From IMG/VR virus record IMGVR_UViG_3300043432_000485, positions 128,001 to 192,000 of that record: a stretch of DNA of 64,000 bases, one strand, 5' to 3'. Source of the DNA: a virus. Its lineage: Duplodnaviria; Caudoviricetes. Under the pieces are notes generated by a model that was not told the DNA's origin, made no database searches, and saw only the letters and a list, made by a program, of their open reading frames with translations. Made by a program: the position numbers and the translations under genes. This document shows, one piece after another, positions 19,783 through 31,400 of the stretch (position 1 is the stretch's first letter; each line of letters begins with the position of its first letter).

Positions 19783-21938
19783 AGGAGAGACCTAAATGTA
19801 GCTGAACCAGCCAGAGGCAAACCGGTTATCCAGTCCAGGCTAGGGGATCCTGGGGGCATCATAGGGCTCCCGCGGCAGACGCCCAGAGAAGCTCCAGCAC
19901 CTCCAACCATGACCTGAGCAGACGTAAGAGTGATCGACGTCGGGGCGGTCAGATTCATGGTGGTCCCAGCGTTCACCGACACCGCTAACCCGGCGGTTAC
20001 CGTAACCGATCCTGCTCCTGACGAGAGGGTCATGGAACCAAGGGCAGTGGAAATCGATACGGACCCTGTACCCACCGACACCGTGTACGAGCCGGCGGCT
20101 ACCGTGGTGGACATCGAGCCTCCCAGCACATTGATCGTGCGGTCCCCCACAACTGCAGTCTCAGTCAAGCCACCAGACAAGATTGTGGATGTCTTGCCTC
20201 CTGTGACGATCGTTTCGGTGACCGCCTGAGCGTACTGGAACTGGCTCTTCCCTGAACTCAGGACATCGATGCTGCCAGTGTTCAGCGCGAACCCAGAAGG
20301 GGAGTTGATGCTGAGCCGATCGGCCAAGATGGAGTAGCCACCACTGACATTCGTGATCTTGGCTCCGTTCACTCCTTCTGTGCTATCCGCGGATGTGAAC
20401 GACTCTCTGTTCCCTTGGAGTTGCTCAGAGTATGCGACGTTGTTGTTGTCAGGCACCCCCTGAGCTTCTATCACGTAGGAGGAATGGGTCCTGAACTTCA
20501 AGCCAGCACCAGAGGAACCCCCGCGGAAGTCGAAAATAGCACCGCCATCCAGGGTCAAATGCAGAGCTATGTTGTCTGGCTTGGCGGCACCAAGACGCAT
20601 CTTCAGAGCGCCTTCCATGTTGATTTCAGCCGATACGTTCTTGGTACCAGATGGGTAGTTCTCTACCCTAGATCCGGGAATGTTGACGAACAGCTTACCT
20701 TGCTTAGACACCGCTGCCGCAAAGGCGCTGATGGTGTCGGAACGCCCAGCGGGGTTGGCTGGAGGGGTTATCCTGAGCAAGTAGGCGCCGGCTGTTGTGT
20801 ACGCCTCAGTATCGTCTAACGGGGACCTGGCAATGGCCTCCGTGGTGAACGTAGAGAGCCCGGTAGCTAGGAAGTCGTCGAAGAGCTTGGGGCGTAGAAG
20901 CTGGCCGTATTGCTGCAACCCCGTATCCGAGGACGTGTCGTTGCCAATCAGGGTACCCATCACGCGTTCGATGTAGATGGCTTTGCGGTCCATCTGGAAC
21001 CCATCGATCTCTTCCCGCACCTCCTGCACCAAATCAGTGGTGTGGGTCATCTCAACGCGGTCTTCCGTGTAGGGCTCCGCCCCAGCACCGGTATCAGGGT
21101 CCTCGAAGTTGACTCCGGAAAATGTGCTCTGGTAGTACGCCTGACGCCCATTCGAGAATGTGACCGGCGGCGATGCTGTTGAGTCGTTGATCGTGTCGAA
21201 CACGGTGTTCTCGCTGACCGTGAGACGCTTCAGGACGGTATCCCCGAAGAAGCGCTGTGCACTCGTCTTGAGAGTCTTGCCGTCGGCAAAAATGTCTGGT
21301 GGCAAGAAGAACCCGGAGCGCCTGGCTGGCCCGGACATTCGAAGAATGCCCGCCTCGTTGTCGACACGATGGACGGATTGAGACACTAGGGTGCGATCGG
21401 AGTCCCGGATCTCCAACAGGTCACCCGCTCGGTTGGCCATCTTGACGTCGTTGGACAGCACAAGCTCAGATCCGCCAGACGACATGCCTCCTACGTCTCC
21501 TGGGCGCAGCTTCAAACGCTTGTAGCGAATCTGAGGGGTGAAAATCTTGCTGTAGTTGTCAGCATCCTCTGGGGAAATCTCAGATGGGTCCGACGGGCTG
21601 AACGGATCGAAACGCATCGCTGACCGCTTGCCAGCGATCGGCAGGTAACCGAGTATGACGGCTTCATGCAGCTGCTTGTGCTTCCGACGATACCCGATGA
21701 TCACCATCGAGTTTACTTCGGGGATGCCTCCCCAGAAGCTACGCGGCCCAACTTGGGCTTGCGTCAGGTCAATCTCGACGCGCTCCCCTCCGCCAGTGAT
21801 CACCTTGATGTCACATTTCAGCTCTTGCTCATCCACACGGGTGATGATGCCGATCTTCAGGCCATAAGGGGCTCCCGTGTCCACGAACTCAGAGCCCGGG
21901 ACGTATCCTGAAGGATTCTTTGGTCTGTAGTCTGACAT
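19779..21938 (-). CDS. Baseplate central spike (gp5/gpV/VgrG-like)
   Basis: N-terminal OB-fold (IGIITRVDEQELKCDIK...GGIPEVNSMVIIGY), C-terminal Ser/Thr/Val beta-helix repeats, and a terminal LDWITGLP tip motif. Confidence 0.8.
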   Translation of the reverse strand: MSDYRPKNPSGYVPGSEFVDTGAPYGLKIGIITRVDEQELKCDIKVITGGGERVEIDLTQAQVGPRSFWGGIPEVNSMVIIGYRRKHKQLHEAVILGYLPIAGKRSAMRFDPFSPSDPSEISPEDADNYSKIFTPQIRYKRLKLRPGDVGGMSSGGSELVLSNDVKMANRAGDLLEIRDSDRTLVSQSVHRVDNEAGILRMSGPARRSGFFLPPDIFADGKTLKTSAQRFFGDTVLKRLTVSENTVFDTINDSTASPPVTFSNGRQAYYQSTFSGVNFEDPDTGAGAEPYTEDRVEMTHTTDLVQEVREEIDGFQMDRKAIYIERVMGTLIGNDTSSDTGLQQYGQLLRPKLFDDFLATGLSTFTTEAIARSPLDDTEAYTTAGAYLLRITPPANPAGRSDTISAFAAAVSKQGKLFVNIPGSRVENYPSGTKNVSAEINMEGALKMRLGAAKPDNIALHLTLDGGAIFDFRGGSSGAGLKFRTHSSYVIEAQGVPDNNNVAYSEQLQGNRESFTSADSTEGVNGAKITNVSGGYSILADRLSINSPSGFALNTGSIDVLSSGKSQFQYAQAVTETIVTGGKTSTILSGGLTETAVVGDRTINVLGGSMSTTVAAGSYTVSVGTGSVSISTALGSMTLSSGAGSVTVTAGLAVSVNAGTTMNLTAPTSITLTSAQVMVGGAGASLGVCRGSPMMPPGSPSLDWITGLPLAGSATFRSLL

Positions 21939-24900
21939 CAGGTGCTCAGTTTAGCTCGATTGTTCTGAATTTGGGCTTGCAGGTCTGCAATCTGCTTGTC
22001 GATGGAAGCAATCTGCCTAGTGAGGTCGATGCCAACCACGGACACAGAGGTGTTCTTTTCGTGCTCCAGCTGATTCCGGGCAGCAGTAAGACGGGCAACG
22101 CTATTCTGATCCTGACTGATCTGGGTTGACAGATTGGCCTTCTCCGCATTGGATCTAAGCCCGGCCCCAAAGTCACTCCACGCCTTGGAGATGTTGTTGG
22201 CATTTGTCTGCACTGATCCCACCGCCGCGTTGGCATCCCCCACCATGAATCGGTTGGAAGCCGAGAATGGAGGAGCGAATTCAGAAGGCGGGTTCGATAC
22301 AGCGGCATTCAGGTTGGATGTGTCAGCCGCTTGCCCAGGTAGTAGGTCTCCTCGAATGGCCTGCTCGAACTGTTGATGAGCCAAGTCCAAAGCCGAATAC
22401 AGGTGGGTCAGGAACTGGTCCACACGGGAGACTGTGTCTGGGGAAGATGGGTTGAGAAATCCGCTGGAAGGCACCGGATTGATCCGAGAAGCATTCAGCT
22501 GTTCCTCTGCAGCGTTCAGCTGTTGTTCCAAGGAGGCCACCTCTGCTAGGGCCTCCTGCACGGCTTGCTTCTTGGCAGGATTGGTAGGATCGGCTTTAGA
22601 AATGTCAAACAGTGAGTTGGCTCTCTCGATGGCCTGCGTTTGTTTGGCTTGCAGGATCGCGACTTGTTTCTCCTGCTCAGGGATAGAGTCGGCGTGGATG
22701 CTGCCCCCATCCACGCTAGACACCCCAAGGTTCTTCAGGGTAGACACATCTGCAGACGCCGGATTGTTCAGAGTCTTCACTTGGTAGTCGGTGGCCATGA
22801 ACGCCAGATCCGCACGCCCCGTGACGCACACACAGTCCTCATCGGGTTTCGTGTTGGCATCCTTCACAGACATCTCAGCCAAGGTCAGAGCCCGAGAAAG
22901 TTGGGAGGCCTCTACCGAAGGGGAGCCCTTTTGCTCCGGTGACCCAAGGGTGGCGGTAGACACGAAGTTGTCCCCCACATCCACAAACTTTGGGGTACCC
23001 ATGTCCAATACGGCAGCGGTCTGGCTGTCATCTGGAGTCATGGCTGAAAGAACAGAGGCAGGATCGGCGTACCCAGTGCTGACCGTAGAGAGACCTTGAG
23101 ACTGTGCAGTCAGCATCTCACTCAGCCCGCCGGAAAGCGCGAGCTGCAGGTCCACCGTCGCTCTCTGGCTAGAGTCCTGAGTAATCAGGCGTCCATCTTT
23201 GAGGGACACGCGCCGCCCGTATTGAAAGTGTCCAACGACTTCGAATCCCCGCTCATCACTTACGGGACGAATGAGGGCTGTCTGACTGGTTGGGATGTCA
23301 ATTACAGCTTTGTCCTTTGGGGTCACAGTAAGGTTGGCCCCTGGTAGCACCAACATCTCACTGATCACCCCGTTACCAGCCGAGGAGTCATGAGCATAGA
23401 TGAACACCCCAGCGGAGTTCAAGCCGTACTGATACCTGTTGCTGAGGTACTTACCCCTGATCGAATCGTCAATGTTGGTCAAGAACATGTTCTGGAGATG
23501 CTGGCGATACGCGTCCCGGTTCTTCAGCGCGATGGCTTGCTGACTCTGAGCCACGTTGGGATTAGGGGCGGTGGACGACTTCTGTCCCGCTTGATCGCTG
23601 AAATCCACGGGGTTGAAGGGTCGGGTATAGGCCATTACCACATTGGGATAGCCAACGATCCTCCCTGTCTTTGGGTGGCGCAGAATGAGCGGCTCATTGG
23701 GATCGGTTGCTCCAGTCTCAGAGCCAAACGCGCTGGATGAAGATGGGATCGATGCCGCATTGGTCACGTCTAGCTTGAACACTCCGTGTAAAGCTAGCTG
23801 TTGGGAGCTGAAACGAAAGGCGCGTGGCAACCCATCCTTGTCTGGTTCCGGGACCCCGTTGAACTTGTCGAGCTTCAGATTGCCGATGCCCTTAGGGGCT
23901 ATGAACTTCACTCTTCGAGCGGTTAGGGTGAGGGTCGTGGTGGCACGGCCTCCAAACGCAATGCTGTGACTGATACCCGACACATACCAAATCTGATCCT
24001 TGTCCTTGGAAGCCAAGTAGATGGGGAATCCCAGGCGCAACTCAGGACGCATCGGGATAGTGACTGACCCCCGGAAGCGCTTGGAGTTGATTCGGTCCAG
24101 GACGTCCAGCCCATGGAAGAACATGAGCTGCGGGTCCTTCAAGAACTCGCTGTTGTACGGATGCGTGCGCCAGCCGTACTTCCGCAACAGATGGTAGTCT
24201 GTGACGGTCGTGAGAGGAGTGATCTCCTCACCCGTTCCGTAATCGGTAGTGCCGCCATAGCTACCCTGCATTGTCAGCTGGGTGACCACTTCAGACTCAG
24301 ACTCGGAGAACTCCCAATCAATGACATCCACATCCTGGACCCAGGAGATCGGTTTGTTGCTCAGTACATCCAGGTTGTAAAACGGGGGCTTGAATACGAT
24401 GTCCCCAGTGACGTCCATGTAGAACTCAAATCCGATCGCCTCCTTGGCGGCGTTGGCAAGCTCAAGCTTGGTCTGGTACTCAGACTGCCAAAGCCCTATC
24501 TGACCAGCATTGGACGTGACCGTTTTGAACGCAGCCACTTTGTTGGACGCCGGGTCGAACACAAATTGCCCGCCCTCGCTAGACGTAGCATCTCGTACCG
24601 ATGTGGAAGCGATGTGAGCAACATCTACCACACCCTTCTTCTGAGAGTACTCCTGGAACAGCTTGTCCCCTCGAACCGAGACTCCGCTGGCCCCGTACAG
24701 GACGAGGTTGTTTCGCATCCTAGCGAATCTCTTTTCCCAGTAGAGCATCATGTCGGAGAGGGCAGAGTCGAACGTCTGTTGCTGGGTGGTGTCCCGCACC
24801 AAAGCGTTCATGGACCCCGTGCCAACAATGACATCACCGAAGGACTGATTGGCTAGAGAGAAGATGATGTCATAGGGGTTCGAGGAAGCGAACACGTTTC

Positions 24901-25399
24901 CTACGAGGTTTCTTCCCTGCTGCCCGGATGAAGCCGTGTACGCTGGGTTGATATTGATCTTGCACAATTCCCACCATTTCAGGATGTCACTCGCGTGTAT
25001 CGAAACAGTGTGCTCCCCACTGGAATAGCTATCAGTGACCTCCGTAATGATACCCCAGAAGATCGGGTAGTACTGCGGAAGGCCCTCCACCAAGTAGTAG
25101 CCCTTGGCATAGATTTCGATCTCCATCATAGTAGTGATGACTGGACTACCGTCGAAGTAGAAGTCGTCGATAGTGTGCCTGGGTATAGCCAGGGATATAT
25201 TGGCACTTCCTGGAGAGCTTTCGACGCTCAAATCCATCTGAATGTTTGTGATGTACTTGTTCAGATCAAAAGAACGGGAGCACTGTGGGCATCCTATGAT
25301 CTCCATCTCCCCATTGATGTAGACCACGGCATCAGGAGCCGTGGCAATCGTGGGTCTCACGTTAGGCTGGAATGTGCCTTGAAAGGGACTACGAGGCAT
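21938..25399 (-). CDS. Baseplate hub protein (gp27/gpD-like) with C-terminal coiled-coil extension
   Basis: IFWGIITEVTDSY, EFYMDVTGDIVFKPPFY, GSVTIPMRPELRLGFPIY and WYVSGISHSIAFGGRATTTLTL are typical hub signatures. Confidence 0.78.
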   Translation of the reverse strand: MPRSPFQGTFQPNVRPTIATAPDAVVYINGEMEIIGCPQCSRSFDLNKYITNIQMDLSVESSPGSANISLAIPRHTIDDFYFDGSPVITTMMEIEIYAKGYYLVEGLPQYYPIFWGIITEVTDSYSSGEHTVSIHASDILKWWELCKININPAYTASSGQQGRNLVGNVFASSNPYDIIFSLANQSFGDVIVGTGSMNALVRDTTQQQTFDSALSDMMLYWEKRFARMRNNLVLYGASGVSVRGDKLFQEYSQKKGVVDVAHIASTSVRDATSSEGGQFVFDPASNKVAAFKTVTSNAGQIGLWQSEYQTKLELANAAKEAIGFEFYMDVTGDIVFKPPFYNLDVLSNKPISWVQDVDVIDWEFSESESEVVTQLTMQGSYGGTTDYGTGEEITPLTTVTDYHLLRKYGWRTHPYNSEFLKDPQLMFFHGLDVLDRINSKRFRGSVTIPMRPELRLGFPIYLASKDKDQIWYVSGISHSIAFGGRATTTLTLTARRVKFIAPKGIGNLKLDKFNGVPEPDKDGLPRAFRFSSQQLALHGVFKLDVTNAASIPSSSSAFGSETGATDPNEPLILRHPKTGRIVGYPNVVMAYTRPFNPVDFSDQAGQKSSTAPNPNVAQSQQAIALKNRDAYRQHLQNMFLTNIDDSIRGKYLSNRYQYGLNSAGVFIYAHDSSAGNGVISEMLVLPGANLTVTPKDKAVIDIPTSQTALIRPVSDERGFEVVGHFQYGRRVSLKDGRLITQDSSQRATVDLQLALSGGLSEMLTAQSQGLSTVSTGYADPASVLSAMTPDDSQTAAVLDMGTPKFVDVGDNFVSTATLGSPEQKGSPSVEASQLSRALTLAEMSVKDANTKPDEDCVCVTGRADLAFMATDYQVKTLNNPASADVSTLKNLGVSSVDGGSIHADSIPEQEKQVAILQAKQTQAIERANSLFDISKADPTNPAKKQAVQEALAEVASLEQQLNAAEEQLNASRINPVPSSGFLNPSSPDTVSRVDQFLTHLYSALDLAHQQFEQAIRGDLLPGQAADTSNLNAAVSNPPSEFAPPFSASNRFMVGDANAAVGSVQTNANNISKAWSDFGAGLRSNAEKANLSTQISQDQNSVARLTAARNQLEHEKNTSVSVVGIDLTRQIASIDKQIADLQAQIQNNRAKLST

Positions 25400-25913
25400 G
25401 GCATAGCCCCCTAAGATGTCGAACTATGGACTCAAGTTCTTCGAGAGTGGCATCCGATTTGATCCTATTGGCCCTCCAGGAGACCACTTCTACGTTACTT
25501 TTGACGTAACCGAGGGCCGGATTGATTCGATCAAGAGTAGGAGAGTTCTGGCACATTCCTCCTGAACCATTGCCCCTGAATAGAGGCAACCCTAGCACCG
25601 GGCAGAGTTCTGGTATAACTATATCCTGTAGTTCCAGGGAAAACTCTAAGCCCTTCGTTTTTGCCCTATGGGCCGCAGCCCTTAGCATCCTATCCTCAGT
25701 ACTCCTGTTTCGAGAGCGAGCCTTTGCATTGGGGTGAGAGTTGCCTAATGCGGTAGATACCCTGCCCTTGGGTGACTTCTTGTACGCAGAGTTGTCTTGG
25801 TTGTGGCAGCCCTTGCACCAAGAGGCCCGGCCATCCCTTCGTCTCTTGTCTTTACTGAACTCCACCAAGGACTTGGACTTCAGGCATTTTGAGCATTGCT
25901 TTTCCATCGTCAT
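25389..25913 (-). CDS. His-Me finger (HNH-like) putative homing endonuclease with N-terminal Zn finger
   Basis: CSKC...CKGC, then PTLDRINPALGYVKSNVEVVSWRANRIKSD; same family as 19282..19782. Confidence 0.78.
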   Translation of the reverse strand: MTMEKQCSKCLKSKSLVEFSKDKRRRDGRASWCKGCHNQDNSAYKKSPKGRVSTALGNSHPNAKARSRNRSTEDRMLRAAAHRAKTKGLEFSLELQDIVIPELCPVLGLPLFRGNGSGGMCQNSPTLDRINPALGYVKSNVEVVSWRANRIKSDATLEELESIVRHLRGLCHAS

Positions 25914-27718
25914 CCAAGAAGGTTGTCAGGATTGTTCAAATCCCCCAGAGCGTCCGGAGGAGGAGCTACACCAGGACTAGGTTGAGCGTTGTTGCCTCCA
26001 AACGTAGGGCTATTGGTGGTCCCTACGGCCAAGGGGGAGGTTGTCGGTTGTCCATAGGTATATTGGGCGTCGTCTAGATGATCCAGAAGGTACCAAGCCC
26101 TGACTGTAAATGAGAACGAGTACTCTAGAGAGAATGGAGTGGTCTCTGATTCCGTGAGGCTGAATGTATCGAACGAACCGATGTACAAGATGTCATCATA
26201 GTACAGGTACACTGAACCAACCACCGATAGGTTCTTGACTCTGGCCCCTTTTGGGGAGAGTGGATCTGGGAACCATATCCCAGCGTTGTTTTTGTACAGT
26301 AGCCACAGGCTCAGCAGGTTCTGGTAGCTGGCCGAGAACTGGCGGGCCGTACGAGTCAATCCAGGGCCATTGGCATTCAAGGCATCCATTGAGTAGAAAG
26401 CCGCGACCTTCCCGGACCCTTCAATCTTGTCCTGGTCCTCTCCCCAATGCTCGATGATTGGCCCACTACGGGACCAGCTGCCATCCGCGATGTGCTTGTT
26501 TGCCTGCACCCGGAAGGATTGCGGGTTCACCAACAATCGGAGCGGGGGAGTCTTAGCCATCGTGTTCAGGGCATCCTGCATCATCAGAATGGTGGCCTCT
26601 TGCTGATCCAGGAACTTCTTGCCTAGATTCTGTTGGTTCAGAGTCTTGTACTGGACCAGTGCAGCATTGCGTGAAGACTCCTGCGCATTGAACTCGCCTC
26701 GCGCCTGCCAGGATTCCTGGGTCGTAGTCACCGCATCAGAGCCCACAGGGGCTGCCTCTGAACTGGGCTGCTCTCCCAGCCGGGCCTTAGCTGAATCAAT
26801 CGCGGCTTGGAACTTGGGGTTCAACGAATTCTTGGCCACGCGCTGATCGAGGTCTGCGGGAGTGATGTACCCCTTGTAGTGGGGTACATCCAAGGGTTGA
26901 TTCTGTTGATAGGCTAGCTGCTGGAACGCTGGGTTCTTGTATGTCGGAGCTGTTGCCTTTGAGCTGTAGATCGAGCCGTCAGGATTGTTGAATCCACCAA
27001 ACGTGATGGCCTTCAACTCTGATGCATTCTTCCCCCTGGCTCGACCCTGATAGTACTTCTCGACCCAGAACAGCTGGGAAGTGTTGTCGGTGTTCTCGAA
27101 GTTGTTGTACTGCTCCTCAGTCATGCCCAATCCAAGAGCTGTCTTCTTGGTCAGCTGGTTGAGCCCTTTGGCCACCACGTGCGGTTGCCCGTCCTTGCCT
27201 TTGCGAATAGCCGGTACGGATCCATCGAAGCTACTCTCCGATTGAATCACCTTAGCAAGCTCCTCCGGTTGGCAACCGAGGCGATTGCACATCGCCACAT
27301 ACTGGTCCCAGAACTCCGGGCTACTAGTCGATGTTGGACCCGTAGGAACGGTAGTGCTGGTTGCGACTCCGCTTGTTTGACCGGGAGTGTCTCCAGTGGA
27401 AGATGAACCAACATCCGGGTTGTTAGAGATGATGGTACCGTAGCTCCCATCCAAAGCCTGGACAGATGCAGTGCGATCCAGAATCCTTCCCGTCACACGA
27501 GATGAAGGGGGGATCAACCCAACCGCGAAGATCTTGACCTCGCTAGGGCTCCTCTGTGGAACAGTGGTCAAGGGGATAAACTGACCATCCAACGGCTCGC
27601 TCTGGTTCTCCAGGGCGTGGTAGAAGGACAACAGTTCATACACGGCCGGCTGATACAGGTCCGAGTCAAGCTCGATCTGCTGAGCGATGCTCTGAGCCTG
27701 GTTGTTATCTGTTGCCAT
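25910..27718 (-). CDS. Tail tube initiator-like baseplate protein with inserted lytic transglycosylase (SLT/lysozyme-like) domain
   Basis: Middle LAKVIQSESSF...KGLNQL (catalytic E and GLxQ); C-terminal LRLLVNPQSF...IEHWGEDQ is paralogous to 27718..28395. Confidence 0.65.
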   Translation of the reverse strand: MATDNNQAQSIAQQIELDSDLYQPAVYELLSFYHALENQSEPLDGQFIPLTTVPQRSPSEVKIFAVGLIPPSSRVTGRILDRTASVQALDGSYGTIISNNPDVGSSSTGDTPGQTSGVATSTTVPTGPTSTSSPEFWDQYVAMCNRLGCQPEELAKVIQSESSFDGSVPAIRKGKDGQPHVVAKGLNQLTKKTALGLGMTEEQYNNFENTDNTSQLFWVEKYYQGRARGKNASELKAITFGGFNNPDGSIYSSKATAPTYKNPAFQQLAYQQNQPLDVPHYKGYITPADLDQRVAKNSLNPKFQAAIDSAKARLGEQPSSEAAPVGSDAVTTTQESWQARGEFNAQESSRNAALVQYKTLNQQNLGKKFLDQQEATILMMQDALNTMAKTPPLRLLVNPQSFRVQANKHIADGSWSRSGPIIEHWGEDQDKIEGSGKVAAFYSMDALNANGPGLTRTARQFSASYQNLLSLWLLYKNNAGIWFPDPLSPKGARVKNLSVVGSVYLYYDDILYIGSFDTFSLTESETTPFSLEYSFSFTVRAWYLLDHLDDAQYTYGQPTTSPLAVGTTNSPTFGGNNAQPSPGVAPPPDALGDLNNPDNLLG

Positions 27719-28395
27719 CAGACTCCCGGGCCTCCGATGGTAGTGTTGGACTTCTGGAAATTCGGCACGTTCAGGTAGTCATCTTTGCCACGGGCCGATG
27801 GCGTGATAGCAGTCCCAGGAATCTTCATCATCTCCTCTTCCACCTTGAAGGTCCAAGATACCTTGAAAGCGAAAGGCTGGTCATCGGTTTCCTCAACCTC
27901 AAACGAGCGGAAGTACCCTAGGTAGGTACCCCGATCGTACATGAGCATAACTTTTCCCTGTAATACGATGTTGCCAGAGGGATCATACACGCTGCCGTTG
28001 TTCCTGTACAAGTCATGCAGGTCCCGGTAGCGGTCCCATGCAATGGTCTTGTGTCTCAACGCAGAGCTGAGCCCTGTGTAGATGTTGACGAAGGCTCCCG
28101 TGCTGCCGTCAGCGGTGATCTCAGTCAGGTCATCCCCCCAATGCTGCTCTACCCAACCCCCACGCGTTTGGATACGCTCCACCTTCTTGGTGTGGCTCTC
28201 CGCGAAGTTCTGCGGGTTGATGTGCATCACCAAGGCATGCGGCAACAGAACCCGACGGCTGTTGAATGGGCTGGTGATCTGGAAGGCGATCGGAATGAAG
28301 CTCTTCCTCTGCTCCAGCCCGTGACTGTAGTTCGGGTTGTCCGTTGGGACTGTCAGATGATCGAAGTCAGGATTAGCTGATGGGATGTGAGGCAT
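27718..28395 (-). CDS. Tail tube initiator-like protein (gp48/gp54 class)
   Basis: LVMHINPQNF...QTRGGWVEQHWGDDLTEITADGSTG; directly downstream of the tape measure gene. Confidence 0.6.
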   Translation of the reverse strand: MPHIPSANPDFDHLTVPTDNPNYSHGLEQRKSFIPIAFQITSPFNSRRVLLPHALVMHINPQNFAESHTKKVERIQTRGGWVEQHWGDDLTEITADGSTGAFVNIYTGLSSALRHKTIAWDRYRDLHDLYRNNGSVYDPSGNIVLQGKVMLMYDRGTYLGYFRSFEVEETDDQPFAFKVSWTFKVEEEMMKIPGTAITPSARGKDDYLNVPNFQKSNTTIGGPGV

Positions 28396-28402
28396 TCAGT
28401 TC

Positions 28403-31400
28403 TCAGCGCAGTCGCTTGTTGCGATCGTGCTCGGCTGCCCCCTCTACTACGCGTGCCTTGATGAACTGCTTCAGGTCCCCCTTAAGCTCCAGCTGAACAT
28501 TCATGTTACCAGCTGACGCTACTGCAGCATTGCCACCTGCAGGAGTGTATCCTCCGGCCGGGCCTTTGTACCCGGCAGATTCGGTCAAGCTAGAGAGTGC
28601 GGTGGCTGGGTCCACTCCATAGCGGCCCATCTGTTGAATGCCCCGAGGATCTACGCCCGCGCTTATAGAAGCGGCCACAGATTTCCTGTCTAGGCCTGAG
28701 TACATGTAGTACTCGAACAGAGCTTGAGATGCACCGTCATAGACTGACTTGGCCATGGTGTCACCCAGCGGCCCGGTGATCGTTGACTTGTCAATCTTGA
28801 TCCCTGATGTCTCCATTGTTCGATTGACATCCTGAATGCCGGAGACAGTAGCGGCCTGCTGGGTGGCTGTCGGAGCCTCTTTGGCAGCCTCAACTACCGC
28901 CGGATGAGTGGCCGCCACCGCTGCAGCGGGGGATGTTCCTGGAGCAGCATGCCCAACGCCCGCCGCTTGAGCAGTCTTGACCGCCTTCTCCAGATTGTTG
29001 AGGGTCTCGAACGTCTGATGAGCCCCTCCTTCCATCGAGTACAGGCTCTTCTTCGTGGTTCCGCTATAAGCAACAGCACCTGCCAAAGCCTTCTTTTTTG
29101 CTTCTAACGCGGCGATCTTGTCGTTGTCCCGCCCGGGACCCATGATGCCCTTCTCAGTCTCCAACTCCTGGGTGACCTTGCCAAACTCCTTGACGATATC
29201 CGGCAACTGTTTGAGCAAGGCTGCCCCCACAGTATCAACAGCGGTGTTCTTGGCTTTGGTAAGGTCCCCATTAGCTCCCGCAAAGGCCGCCATGATCCCG
29301 GCATTCTTTGTCTTGGCAGCCGCAATCTGCTCCTTCTGGAACGCCTGCTCCTTAGCTGACCGTCCGAAGGCCCCCGCAGTCATGAAGTGCACAAGCTCGG
29401 AAATGAGGTCCGTGAGACCTCCGATGGACTCCCATATCCCTGTCATGATGTTGTAGATCTGGTTCATCAGGATGTCGGCAATGATCCCGATTTTGTCGAG
29501 AGCGCTGGTCTGGAATCCAGAAGTCTCCTTCTGGTAGTCGATCTCTGTCGCTGAGTCGCTGAGAAGCTTCTTCTGGTTGTCGTTCATGCTGGCCACGAAC
29601 TTCTTGTTCCCAGGGTCCTTCTGTATCGCTTCTCGGATCCCAGCTACAGTATCCGCGGTATTGGACTGATCATACTTGATGTTCAGCTTGGCGAGCTGAG
29701 CTATGTCATCTTGCGTGACGTTCCCCGACTCGACGCGAGCAATCAGATCCTCTTGAGCGGTGATGATCCCTTGAGTGTACTTCTGGTATGCCCTAATCTC
29801 TTGTGCGGACGCGATGCCGGCTTGCTCCACTGCCAACAGATCCAACCCAGACAGTTGGTCAAACCCTTTGCCCGTCAATCTCTTGACTTCATCTTGGGTC
29901 ACATCCATCTTGGCCAACGGACTCAGCTGATCGATGATTGACGCGGTGTCGATCTCGTTACCAGAGGCAAGCTTGACCTGCATGTTAGCGGCATCCAACA
30001 AGCTGCTCATGATGGGACCGGAGATCTTGGTCTGATACTTGGCCTGCCATTTCGCGATGGCCCGCGGGTCTCGCTTAGGGTTCTTGATCAAGTCCAGAAT
30101 CTCTTGGGTGGCATCTTTCGTACCGGGTTGGTTACGACCCAGAGCTGATGCTATGTCGTCCCCTAGCCCGGACAACCGGTCATTGAGGTCCTCTTGGGCG
30201 CGAGCCCTAACCTTCTCTGGGCCGGCCACCACGGTGTGCTTGAGGTTGTCAGCCAATCCACCACTGAACTTCGAAGATATGGTGTGCAGGAACTTAGACG
30301 CCTCACGAGGATCCATGGTCTTACCTAGCGTCTTCATGACACCTGTCAGCTCTTCCATGCGAAGCGTAAACAAGGTCAGGTCAGCAGAGAAGGAGCGGAT
30401 GATTCCGAAGAACTTGTTGGATGCGATACCAGCCTGATTGGCGCTCTTGACCATGTCCTGGAAGCTGGCTTGAACCGAGTCCAGGCTAGCCCCCATATCG
30501 GACATCATCTCTCCCTGCAACTGTGAGATCTCATTCAAGCTGACCCCGAAGGCGCGCGAATAGGCCACGCCCATCTGGATCACAGAAGCATGGTCCTTGG
30601 CATACCCGGTGGCGATCTTGGTCTCATCCCCAAGCTTTGAAAGGGACACTCCCTCTGCGGTCAAAGCGCTTTGGAATGCCACTGCAGTGTCCTTGGAAAT
30701 GCCCCACTGAACATTGCTAAAAGCCATCGCCCCATCACGAGCGGAATCTAGACTCTCTTGCAGGGCTTCTGCTCCGGCCCCTACATTGCGCATGCCCTTG
30801 TTCAAGAACTCGGAGGTGCCTGTGGTGGAGAGAAGCTGCTTGTTGTAGTCCTTGGCCGCGGACTCAGCGTCAATCATGATCTTCACGAAGGACATCATGA
30901 ATGAGCTGGCCACAGAGAGGATGGGGCCTAGTTTGGCAAACGTTCCGAGGATCGGGCTCAGTACTTTGGAGATTCCTTCCAGCCCTTTCAGTCCCATGCC
31001 AGCAGCCTTAGCGGCTCCGCCCTTAGCCATCAGTCGATCACCGTGTCTGCCAAGAGCGCCGCCACCTGCTTCCACTCCCTTTTGAAGCTTGCCAGCAAGC
31101 TTGCCAACCGTCTTGTCCAGCCCCATGGCAAGGAGGCTAGAGTAACGCTTGAACATCGCAGGGGCATCCTTTCGGAAGACCTCGTTCAATGGCTCGGCCA
31201 GAGCTTCACCCGCCTCTTCGGCGCGATCATGCAGCTCCTTCATATTGAAAGCGGACTCGTTAGCATCCTTCAAGGCCGCCTTTACGGTTCCGGACGCAGG
31301 GTCATCCCCTGTGCCTTGGGCTTGAATCTTCTCCCTGGTTTTTGCTGCCTCTTGGAAGGCTCGGATCCGAGCGAACGCTTGCTTGCGCTCCTCTCCCGTA

